Made by a program: the position numbers and the translations under genes
Origin: an uncultured Treponemataceae bacterium
Lineage (GTDB): Bacteria > Spirochaetota > Spirochaetia > Treponematales > Treponemataceae
Assembly: GCA_964622185.1 (NCBI GenBank)
Contig: CAZUPJ010000001.1
Location: 1-30,482, forward strand
DNA length: 30,482 nt
Direction of reading: 5' to 3'
Part shown: positions 1 to 7,528 of the stretch, piece after piece
Layout of the letters: every line of letters starts with the position of its first letter
How positions within the stretch are numbered: the stretch's first letter is position 1
The notes under the pieces: generated by a model
What the model was told of the DNA's origin: nothing
Databases searched by the model: none
The model's input: only the letters and a program-made list of their open reading frames with translations

Positions 1-2447
1 TTGTTTTTGATAGATTAACTGTTGGGCAAAATGTGTATGCTAAAATAGAAGTGTTGTTTTCCGCAGCGTATAATGATATCAGAGGCGAAAGAGATCCATT
101 ATTTTTTAGAGCACGTTCAAATAGTACAACGCTTGTTGAAGGAGATAATAATCAATTACAAGCACGGGTAAATGCTGTTTTCGTAGCACCTGCCGGAATG
201 GATTCAACAGGGTTTACTCCTTTTAATACGGTGTCTACAATAGAAAAAGCCGTTGAAGTGTTGGGAGGTGTTGGAAACTTTATGCCAGATGCTACCGTGT
301 ATGTTGATGGTACGTTTGATATGAAAGATCTACCGCAAACAGTAGAGGAGGGTATAAGATGGCATTACCCTGGATTAACAATCACAAATAACAGTGAAGG
401 ATCTCTTGTTCGACTTGGAGAGGGTGCCGATATTGGTGGATATATTGAGTTTAGCGGCATTACGTTTAAAGGAAACCCTAATATTGAAGCAGACGAATCC
501 ATGTTTTGGATAGTTAATGCTGGTGTAAATTTTAAAGATGTTACCATTACTGGCTTTAATGGATCAGAAGAAGGTCTTGCAGCAGTTAGATTTAGTCCCC
601 AAGGATGGGCTTCTTTTGAAGGCTTGGTACACATTTCAGAAAACAACAGCAATAGTAAGCCAAGTAATGTTGTCTTTGAATTATCAGGAAATGAACCTTA
701 TACGCCTCTTGGTCTTTTTATGCCATTAGATTCTGCTTCAAGAATATACTTAAATCCTATTGTTTCATCGGATGCTATGTATCCTTTACCACTTGTGTAT
801 AGTGAAGGAGGACCTTTTTTTGATATACATAACTTTGTGGTTCCAGGTCTTAATTTGGCAATAGATGAGTCTAGTGGAAGTTTGTTTGCAGTAGAAATAG
901 GAACTATCATATTTATGCAAGGTGAATCTCCTCTCTCCAGTATCTATTTACAAGGCGTAAAAGAAGTTTTGACTGGCTCTGGTATTACGTGGGGAACAGA
1001 TTCAACTGCACATATTGCAACAATAACTCACGAAGCATATGTATCCCAAAATATGACTCTGGGTCAATATCTTGAAGAAACCGCATATCAAATAAAATAT
1101 GGGCTTGGTGAATATGGTGTAGTAGAAACTATTTTAGATGGAACAACACTCACCATTCAGTTTTCACCTAATGATGGAGCTATCGACCCACAACCTGCAA
1201 CAGGAACAATAACGTTTTTAGAGGAAACAAAAGACGGAAATTCTCAGCCGGTAACAGAAAGTGAGTTTCCACTATTAAAATCTATTTTTGCTGGAATGGG
1301 TTTAACTACTTGGAATGGACACATATTAATTATTTCAGAAGCAGATATTGCAAGTAGCGGAGCACCAAACATAAAAACGTACATGGACGGTTTACAAGTT
1401 CAACTTTCTACTCTTGCATCCGAAGAAGGTTATACGGCAGATATTAATCGCACAAGTGATACTTCTGCGACTGCAACATTTTTGGCACAAGGGCGCATAG
1501 AGTTTTATGATATTACAACCAATACAGTATACAGTGATTTATCGGCAATAAAGACAAAGTTAAATTCTTTTCTTTCTACAGCTCCGCAACAAGGAAACCT
1601 TAATTGGACTACGGGAAAATATCAAGGTGAAGGAGATACTGAGCATGACTATGTTAGCATTGACAGCGGTGTTCTCAGTGCATCTGGATTTGACTATATG
1701 TCAGATTACTTGGATAGTGACTCTTTTCATAATGGCATTTGGGGGGCTTTACCATGGGACAGTGAAGGTGTGGTAGGAATATACTATACTGAAAGACAAG
1801 GTTATACATTGCGTATATTTCTATCTGACACATTAGATTTAGGCGTAATAGAATTCTATAATATTGACGGAGTTACACCAATAAATGATGCAAATATTTG
1901 GAATAGTGCTGACATGGTAATTCAAAATTTATCTGGAAGCAAGGCTAGTTTAGGAGAATATCCTAACAACAAAACCGTAATTACAGGTGACATGTTACAA
2001 TCATCAGGACCGCCGACCGTTAGTGATTTATTTTCTTATATCGAAAGGAATGCAATGCAATATTTTGAGAATACCAATATAAAAACTGCTTTTATAAAGA
2101 TAGATTACAAGGATATGAAGATTTTAGTAAGCACACAAGAAGTGGCAATAGGACAAATAAGTTTTACTGATGCGTTAGGAAACCCCATTTATGACGAAGC
2201 TACTATAGAATCTATAAAGAGTATGCTAAACGGTCCTGGGCTGGCTTGGGATACTGAATTTTTTGCTCATACAGTAATTGTGACAGAAGAAGCCTTTGCA
2301 TCTATGGGAGCTACATCTATGAGCGACTATCTAATAAAGATGGGAACATATATAGAAGGGCAAGCCTCAGTGCTGGGATACCCAAATACAACTACAAATG
2401 TAAGCTTAGATTTCCAAGAGACACTAACAGTTTTTTTGGCTGAATAA
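1..2447 (+). CDS. Large modular surface protein, 5'-truncated by the window edge; paralog of the downstream lipoprotein, with a probable beta-helix-like N-terminal region and five ~100-aa repeat modules
   Basis: The frame is open from position 3 (VFDRLTVGQNVYAKIEVLFS), which aligns with internal VFDQLTAGQTVYAKIEVLFS of the 2588 paralog, so the GTG at 33 is not the true start. Repeated G.I.F...W....H......YL modules follow. Confidence 0.8.
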   Translation, partial: VFDRLTVGQNVYAKIEVLFSAAYNDIRGERDPLFFRARSNSTTLVEGDNNQLQARVNAVFVAPAGMDSTGFTPFNTVSTIEKAVEVLGGVGNFMPDATVYVDGTFDMKDLPQTVEEGIRWHYPGLTITNNSEGSLVRLGEGADIGGYIEFSGITFKGNPNIEADESMFWIVNAGVNFKDVTITGFNGSEEGLAAVRFSPQGWASFEGLVHISENNSNSKPSNVVFELSGNEPYTPLGLFMPLDSASRIYLNPIVSSDAMYPLPLVYSEGGPFFDIHNFVVPGLNLAIDESSGSLFAVEIGTIIFMQGESPLSSIYLQGVKEVLTGSGITWGTDSTAHIATITHEAYVSQNMTLGQYLEETAYQIKYGLGEYGVVETILDGTTLTIQFSPNDGAIDPQPATGTITFLEETKDGNSQPVTESEFPLLKSIFAGMGLTTWNGHILIISEADIASSGAPNIKTYMDGLQVQLSTLASEEGYTADINRTSDTSATATFLAQGRIEFYDITTNTVYSDLSAIKTKLNSFLSTAPQQGNLNWTTGKYQGEGDTEHDYVSIDSGVLSASGFDYMSDYLDSDSFHNGIWGALPWDSEGVVGIYYTERQGYTLRIFLSDTLDLGVIEFYNIDGVTPINDANIWNSADMVIQNLSGSKASLGEYPNNKTVITGDMLQSSGPPTVSDLFSYIERNAMQYFENTNIKTAFIKIDYKDMKILVSTQEVAIGQISFTDALGNPIYDEATIESIKSMLNGPGLAWDTEFFAHTVIVTEEAFASMGATSMSDYLIKMGTYIEGQASVLGYPNTTTNVSLDFQETLTVFLAE
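171..322 (+). repeat. DNA block shared with 3083-3234 (paralog core NAVFV.P.GMDSTGFTPFNTVSTIEKAVEVLGGVGNF.P.ATVYVDGTF)
   Basis: Near-identical nucleotide sequence by eye, with mostly third-position changes. Confidence 0.9.
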
Positions 2448-2462
2448 GCAAATTTTACATTC

Positions 2463-2493
2463 AAAGCTCGTGCTATCCAGTACGGGCTTTTTT
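2463..2493 (+). terminator. Intrinsic terminator after the first surface-protein gene
   Basis: AAAGCTCGTGCT-atcc-AGTACGGGCTTT stem (two G-U pairs) running into a T-tract. Confidence 0.8.
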
Positions 2494-2516
2494 ATGCTAC
2501 AAAATAATGTTCCAGG

Positions 2517-2545
2517 TTGAAATTATATATAAAAAAATATATAAT
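2517..2545 (+). promoter_or_regulatory. Sigma70 promoter of the 2588 lipoprotein gene
   Basis: TTGAAA (2517-2522), 17 bp, TATAAT (2540-2545). Confidence 0.7.
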
Positions 2546-2587
2546 CGTAGTATGTTTTTGTTTAATTTAAAAAAGGAAAATAGCAAC

Positions 2588-5500
2588 ATGAAAAAAAATC
2601 TTATTACTGTAATCATATTATTTGCCTTATTATTTACTGCATGTGATTCACTTTGGCAAATAAATAATGGTGCAAGTGTTTCTTTTAATATAAATTTAGA
2701 AGAAATATTAAAAGATTCAACTAATCCCTTTGAAATTGGGGTAGACGCTTCTCAACCAAGTGTTATCCAAAATTTATCAGTTTTTCCTGGAAGTCAGCCG
2801 GGTGACGATTTTACAGGTGACGATTTAACGGTTACCGTTACCTTACACAATAGCCAAAACGATGCAATTATAGCAAATCAAACGCTCACTGCGGCTCAAG
2901 CACGCAACACAAATGTTGTTTTTGACCAACTAACAGCAGGACAAACTGTGTACGCCAAAATAGAAGTTTTATTTTCTGATGAATACACAGAGCAACGGGG
3001 AGACAGAGACCCTTTATATTTTGGGGCACGTTCTGAAAATGCTGTTCTTAAAATAGCTGAAAATGTTCTTGCTGCACGAACAAATGCTGTTTTCGTAACA
3101 CCTGGTGGAATGGATTCTACAGGGTTTACGCCTTTTAATACAGTGTCTACGATAGAAAAGGCTGTTGAAGTGTTGGGTGGTGTTGGAAACTTTTTGCCTG
3201 GTGCTACCGTGTATGTTGATGGTACGTTTAATATTTCAAAAGATACAACATGGAATTATCCAGGTTTAACGATATTAAACAATTCGTCAAAGTCTATTGT
3301 TCGAGCGGGTGTAGGAGCTGATGTTTCTGCAAAAATTGAATTTAATGGAATAACTTTTAGAGGAAACCCCAATATAGCGGCAACCGAATCCATGTTTTGG
3401 GTTGACAATGCAGAAGTTCACTTTATAAATACTTCAATTACTGGCTTTAATAGTAATTTAGGAGAATTGGGTGCCGTTAGAGTAGCATCAAGCGGGTTTG
3501 TAAGCTTTGAGGGCTTAGTAACCATTTCTAATAACGTTAGCGGGGGCACACCAAAGAACGTTGTCTTTAACCTATTAGACGATGATCCATTTATAAAACT
3601 TGGGGTTTTAGGCCAATTAGATCCAGCTTCAAAAATTTATTTAAACCCTATTATCGATATAGCAAGTGATAACATTGTTCTTGTAATAAATGAGGGAGGG
3701 ACTTTTACAAAAGATAACTTTGTTGTTTCTAACTATGAAACAGAAATAGATGCAGGTGGCAGCTTGATAGTAAAAATGGAAGATATACCAAGTAGTGAAA
3801 CTGGCACTATTACTTTTATGGCAAAACTACCTGACTCTGATATTCCATTTCCTTTGCCTGAAAATTCTTTAAATGAATTAAAACCTATGCTTGGCTTGCC
3901 AAGTGTCGGCATTATGTGGGGTGGGGCAAATACAGGCTATGCACATATAGCAACCGTAACTAAAGAGGCTTTATTAGGTGATTTTAGTTCTATTGAAGAC
4001 TATCTTGTTGACTTACAAGAATCAATAAAACAAACGCTAGAGAGCACTGGAGATTATACCGTAACAACATCACAGAATGGAGATCATTTAACCGTAACGA
4101 TAGTAGTACCGCAAACAGGAGCTATTTTCCTTATGATACATGAACCAGATTCCGTTACTCCAACTCCATTTCCTGAAGACGGTTTAGAAGTGGTAATACC
4201 AATGCTTGGCTTGCCAGAAGCTGGTATTACATGGGGAACAACTGCAGAAGATGCACATATAGCACTCGTAACAAAGGAAGCTTTATTAGGAGATTTTGCA
4301 ACCATTGCAGACTATCTTGCGTACTTACAAGTATCAATAAAAGAATCGCTTGAAAGTTCGGGAGATGTTACTGTTAGAACAGCCATAGACGATAGTGGAA
4401 CTGTTTTGACCATAATACTGTCGCCGATTGAAGAGATACTCCCCGAAGCAGGAACTATTGAGTTTTATGAAATGAATGCACGTGGTGTTAGAAGCACTTT
4501 AAGTGATGATATAATATCTGCTGACGGAGCTGTTTTGCCTGGTTATTTAACACAAGTAAAAGAGTTTATTCCTAACGGTGATTGGGGTACAAATGGTAAT
4601 GAACACATTGTAACCGTAAATACAGGGTTCTCTGAATATGTTGCAGGTATAGAAGGGCTTGCATTAGAACAAGGCTATATTGCAGAAGCTGTATTAGACC
4701 AAACTGGAGAAAATACACTACTTGTTACATTTGTGTATGAAGGACAAGTTAAATTCTTAAATGCAGATGGAAGTCCTATCACACAAGGATTAGAGAGCTT
4801 TGGCTTTCCAGGAACATGGGGAGAAGGAAATGAAAGCCATATTTTAACCATTGTTGGGCAAGATATATTAGATTTTGTTGAGTATGTAAAGACTGCTCCT
4901 GACTCAGAATATAACACAGAAGCAAAAGAGTACATTGCAGGTTTAAATTTACCTAGCTATTCTATGACAAACTACTTAAATAGTTGGGTAAAGCAAATTG
5001 TTGAGGAGAACTTAAGTGGCATTCCTGTAGGCATAACACAAAAAGGCAATGTTCTAACAGTACAAATCATGCCAACAATTCCAACAAGTGCTATTGCGGA
5101 TAACAATATTGCTCCTGCAGGTTTTGAGACAAGCGGAACATGGGCAATAGTAGATGGTGAATTACCACAATCTGCAAATGCAACTGTTACAGTGAAAAGT
5201 GGAACAACGTATGAACAAATATCTCAAGCAATACAGGCTGAAATAAGTATTCCAAATGTAACTACTACAAGTGCGTATTATGTATCATATAATACTAGTG
5301 GAGAAGTTACAGAACAAACAAATTCAAAAGCAGAATTTTTGATTAATGTAGAGGCAGCCAATGGATATGCTTTTGAAAGCTTTGGGGGCTCAATAAGACT
5401 AAATTTCACCGTAGAACTTGAAGCAGCACCTGAAATAGGAACAATTGTTTTTAATGATGAAAGTGGGACTGCATTACAAGAAGGTTCAGATATATTAACC

Positions 5501-6043
5501 GAATTAAAACTAGTGTACAAGTATACTTTCCCTTCACCTGATTATGATTGGGGAACAGGGGCTGAAGCCCATATTGTTACGGTAAATGAATCTGCAATGA
5601 ATGGGTCAGGTTTTGCGAGCATGACTGAATATTTGAATTACCTAGTCGAAAATGATATGTCAGTAGAGTCAAGATTTTATGATTTTTTTGGTGTTACAGC
5701 TACAGACAATGTGCTTGAGTGTGATGTTTCATATTATAGTGAGCCCGAACCACCAAATGCAACAATAATTTTTTACAAAAATAGCGTACGATACTCGCTA
5801 ACTTCCGAAGATTCTACTGCTATTAGTGATGCTTTTGCAAATGACCCAAACTCAACAGGTAAAGAACTTGGAGTTGAATATGGATACTGGACAGGAAGCT
5901 TCATTTCATATGTTGCAGACATTATGACTGGTTTTGGTGACGGTGATGGTTTTATCAACTATTTTGAGTCGCTATTTTTAAATGCTCCTTTTAAATATAC
6001 CACAGAAAAGGCAGGAACCTTATTAGTTGTAACAATACCTTAG
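2588..6043 (+). CDS. Large modular lipoprotein (~1151 aa) with six ~100-aa repeat modules plus one inserted module of a second type
   Basis: ATG 2588 follows AAGGAAAA and gives the signal peptide MKKNLITVIILFALLFTA-C (lipobox). The track's 2507 start overlaps the promoter. N-terminal domain is paralogous to the upstream gene. Confidence 0.85.
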   Translation: MKKNLITVIILFALLFTACDSLWQINNGASVSFNINLEEILKDSTNPFEIGVDASQPSVIQNLSVFPGSQPGDDFTGDDLTVTVTLHNSQNDAIIANQTLTAAQARNTNVVFDQLTAGQTVYAKIEVLFSDEYTEQRGDRDPLYFGARSENAVLKIAENVLAARTNAVFVTPGGMDSTGFTPFNTVSTIEKAVEVLGGVGNFLPGATVYVDGTFNISKDTTWNYPGLTILNNSSKSIVRAGVGADVSAKIEFNGITFRGNPNIAATESMFWVDNAEVHFINTSITGFNSNLGELGAVRVASSGFVSFEGLVTISNNVSGGTPKNVVFNLLDDDPFIKLGVLGQLDPASKIYLNPIIDIASDNIVLVINEGGTFTKDNFVVSNYETEIDAGGSLIVKMEDIPSSETGTITFMAKLPDSDIPFPLPENSLNELKPMLGLPSVGIMWGGANTGYAHIATVTKEALLGDFSSIEDYLVDLQESIKQTLESTGDYTVTTSQNGDHLTVTIVVPQTGAIFLMIHEPDSVTPTPFPEDGLEVVIPMLGLPEAGITWGTTAEDAHIALVTKEALLGDFATIADYLAYLQVSIKESLESSGDVTVRTAIDDSGTVLTIILSPIEEILPEAGTIEFYEMNARGVRSTLSDDIISADGAVLPGYLTQVKEFIPNGDWGTNGNEHIVTVNTGFSEYVAGIEGLALEQGYIAEAVLDQTGENTLLVTFVYEGQVKFLNADGSPITQGLESFGFPGTWGEGNESHILTIVGQDILDFVEYVKTAPDSEYNTEAKEYIAGLNLPSYSMTNYLNSWVKQIVEENLSGIPVGITQKGNVLTVQIMPTIPTSAIADNNIAPAGFETSGTWAIVDGELPQSANATVTVKSGTTYEQISQAIQAEISIPNVTTTSAYYVSYNTSGEVTEQTNSKAEFLINVEAANGYAFESFGGSIRLNFTVELEAAPEIGTIVFNDESGTALQEGSDILTELKLVYKYTFPSPDYDWGTGAEAHIVTVNESAMNGSGFASMTEYLNYLVENDMSVESRFYDFFGVTATDNVLECDVSYYSEPEPPNATIIFYKNSVRYSLTSEDSTAISDAFANDPNSTGKELGVEYGYWTGSFISYVADIMTGFGDGDGFINYFESLFLNAPFKYTTEKAGTLLVVTIP

Positions 6044-6105
6044 TTTTTATATAAAGGTATTTGTAATCTCGCATAATCCCGTGTGCTTTTGTGCACGGGC
6101 TGTAC

Positions 6106-6152
6106 AAAAAAAAGAACCCCGATAACCATTTGCGGTATCGGGGTTCTTTTTT
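6106..6152. terminator. Bidirectional intrinsic terminator between the convergent lipoprotein gene and trxA
   Basis: A-tract, GAACCCCGATA...TATCGGGGTTC, T-tract. A second hairpin CCCGTGTGC-tttt-GTGCACGGG lies at 6078-6099. Confidence 0.85.
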
Positions 6153-6459
6153 ATTTAAGAAGCTCTAAAATGCCTTCTTTGTCTTTTGCTCCAACACCTT
6201 GTTTTACTATTTTACCATCAACAAAAAGGGCTAAGGTTGGAATGCTCATTATTCCGTATGTTGCGGCAAGGTCTCCTTGGTCATCAACATTTACTTTACC
6301 AATTTTTTTATCGGTAACTTCATTTGCAATTTCTTCAATAATGGGACCAACCATTTTACATGGACCACACCAAGGTGCCCAAAAGTCAACCAAAACTGGT
6401 TTATCTGATTTTAAAACTTCTTGCTCAAAATTTTCTTTTGTAAGTACTACTGCTGACAT
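6151..6459 (-). CDS. trxA: Thioredoxin
   Basis: 102 aa with VDFWAPWCGPCK active site and SIPT cis-Pro motif; AGGAGA RBS. Confidence 0.97.
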   Translation of the reverse strand: MSAVVLTKENFEQEVLKSDKPVLVDFWAPWCGPCKMVGPIIEEIANEVTDKKIGKVNVDDQGDLAATYGIMSIPTLALFVDGKIVKQGVGAKDKEGILELLK

Positions 6460-6565
6460 AATTTTCTCCTATAAATTTTATATATAACATATAAATGTTT
6501 TCTAAGTGTATATTATCATAGAATAAAAAAAAAGAATGTGAGAAAGTTACACAATTGTCGGATTT

Positions 6566-6598
6566 TTTAAGATTGTTTTAAGAAACGTAGTGTATTAT
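6566..6598 (+). promoter_or_regulatory. Activator-type promoter 1: direct-repeat box (CiaR/OmpR-type) plus -10
   Basis: TTTAAG(6566-71) attgt TTTAAG(6577-82) aaacgtagtg TATTAT(6593-98). Confidence 0.75.
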
Positions 6599-6604
6599 AT
6601 AATT

Positions 6605-6677
6605 ATAACAAAAGCAATTGTTATTCACACTACACTCCTCCTTTTAGCCTCCTGTACGTTATGCAGGGGGTTTTTTT
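6605..6677 (+). ncRNA. Putative anti-SD sibling small RNA 1 (~73 nt, csRNA-like architecture)
   Basis: 5' stem ATAACAA/TTGTTAT, unpaired CACTCCTCCTTTT (6633-6645), terminator GCCTCCTGTA-cgtta-TGCAGGGGGT + T-tract. Start site inferred 7 nt after the -10. Confidence 0.75.
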
Positions 6678-6724
6678 ATGAAAAAATTAAAAATATGTTA
6701 AAAATCGTACAAATGTTGGATTTT

Positions 6725-6757
6725 TTTAAGACTATTTTAAGAAATGTAGTGTATTAT
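6725..6757 (+). promoter_or_regulatory. Activator-type promoter 2: direct-repeat box plus -10
   Basis: TTTAAG(6725-30) actat TTTAAG(6736-41) aaatgtagtg TATTAT(6752-57). Confidence 0.75.
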
Positions 6758-6763
6758 ATAATT

Positions 6764-6831
6764 ATAACAAAGCAATTGTTATCCACACTACACTCCTCCT
6801 TTTGCCCCCTGTACGTCGTACAGGGGGTTTT
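6764..6831 (+). ncRNA. Putative anti-SD sibling small RNA 2 (~68 nt)
   Basis: 5' stem ATAACAA/TTGTTAT, CACTCCTCCTTTT (6791-6803), perfect stem CCCCCTGTAC-gtc-GTACAGGGGG + TTTT. Confidence 0.75.
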
Positions 6832-6897
6832 CTGTGTAGCTGCATTTTGCAACCGCTAAAGTAAAAAAAAAGTGAAAAATCAATTATTTTTATTTTT

Positions 6898-6930
6898 TTT
6901 AAGATTGTTTTAAGGAATGTAATGTATTAT
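6898..6930 (+). promoter_or_regulatory. Activator-type promoter 3: direct-repeat box plus -10
   Basis: TTTAAG(6898-6903) attgt TTTAAG(6909-14) gaatgtaatg TATTAT(6925-30). Confidence 0.75.
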
Positions 6931-6936
6931 ATATTT

Positions 6937-7005
6937 ATTAACAAATCAACTGTTAAACACACACTCCTCCTTTTTTATCCCTGATACGTCGTATCGGGGA
7001 TTTTT
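6937..7005 (+). ncRNA. Putative anti-SD sibling small RNA 3 (~69 nt)
   Basis: 5' stem TTAACA/TGTTAA, CACTCCTCCTTTT (6962-6974), terminator ATCCCTGATAC-gtc-GTATCGGGGAT + TTTT. Confidence 0.75.
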
Positions 7006-7006
7006 C

Positions 7007-7408
7007 TTAATACGATATTTGCACAAAAAACTTTCTGCTTCTTGGACCGTCAAACTCGCAAAAGTATACACTTTGCCATGTGCCCAAAACAAGGTGACCG
7101 TTATGTATTATTAACTGCTCAGAAGCTCCTACCGTTGAACATTTAAGGTGTGCAGGGGAGTTTCCTTCCATGTGACGAAAACGTTGATCTTGAGGGTATA
7201 CCGTATTTAATCCTAGGAGCATATCATGCTGAACATCGGGGTCTGCATTTTCATTTATGGTAATTGCAGCCGTTGTGTGTGGGCAAAATACCAATGCTGT
7301 ACCCGATACCACACCTAGTTCCATTATAAAGCCTTCAATTTGATTTGTAATGTCGATAAATTCTTCATGCGGGGTTGAAAGGGTAAATTGTTTAAGTTCT
7401 GTTTTCAT
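7007..7408 (-). CDS. yjbQ: YjbQ/UPF0047 family protein (secondary thiamine-phosphate synthase)
   Basis: Motifs [28 protein letters not shown] and [16 protein letters not shown]. Confidence 0.95.
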   Translation of the reverse strand: MKTELKQFTLSTPHEEFIDITNQIEGFIMELGVVSGTALVFCPHTTAAITINENADPDVQHDMLLGLNTVYPQDQRFRHMEGNSPAHLKCSTVGASEQLIIHNGHLVLGTWQSVYFCEFDGPRSRKFFVQISY

Positions 7409-7423
7409 AGTTTCAGTATAGCA
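7409..7423 (-). promoter_or_regulatory. Extended -10 directly before yjbQ (leaderless)
   Basis: Minus strand TGcTATACT-gaaact-ATG; no SD. Confidence 0.6.
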
Positions 7424-7494
7424 TAGATAAGTAAAAATTAACAGGTAATAATTAATAATGGTAGTGATGTTTATATTGGGTAGAATGAAAACAC

Positions 7495-7523
7495 TTGAAA
7501 ATAAGTCTGTTTAATAGTAAAAT
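7495..7523 (+). promoter_or_regulatory. Sigma70 promoter directly before murE (leaderless)
   Basis: TTGAAA, 17 bp, TAAAAT-aagcc-ATG; no SD. Confidence 0.6.
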
Positions 7524-7528
7524 AAGCC

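Larger units (their letters stand above)
6551..7005 (+). repeat. Three tandem direct-repeat units (periods 159 and 173 bp), each a promoter + small RNA + terminator cassette
   Basis: Units anchored at 6566, 6725 and 6898 share TTTAAG-N5-TTTAAG-N10-TATTATATA, ACACTCCTCCTTTT and a terminal hairpin. Confidence 0.95.

Noticed and set aside
2531..2598. Poly-A tracts in the lipoprotein promoter spacer and MKKN start as phase-variation sites
   Set aside because: A7-A8 runs are common throughout this AT-rich window, so they are not distinctive.
2801..2829. Short tandem repeat ggtgacgattttaca-ggtgacgatttaac (GDDFT-GDDLT)
   Set aside because: Only two 15-bp copies in a linker, with no evidence of function.
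6537..6553. TGTGAgaaagTTACACA as a CRP or Rex operator upstream of trxA
   Set aside because: Half-site spacing and sequence fit neither consensus well.
6590..6859. 89-aa ORF in the track with an internal repeat
   Set aside because: It is a by-product of the DNA repeat: no RBS, it runs through two terminators, and the frame shifts between copies.
6577..6976. Minus-strand mini-ORFs behind the strong AAGGAGGAG (type I toxin-like peptides)
   Set aside because: GTG-started ORFs are 16 aa in copy 1, 10 aa in copy 2 (frameshifted) and different again in copy 3. Frame and sequence are not conserved, and promoter and terminator polarity point to the + strand.
6551..7005. CRISPR array or type III toxin-antitoxin RNA array interpretation of the triple repeat
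   Set aside because: Units are ~110 bp, each with its own promoter and terminator. There is no short repeat/spacer alternation, and no cas or toxin gene is adjacent.
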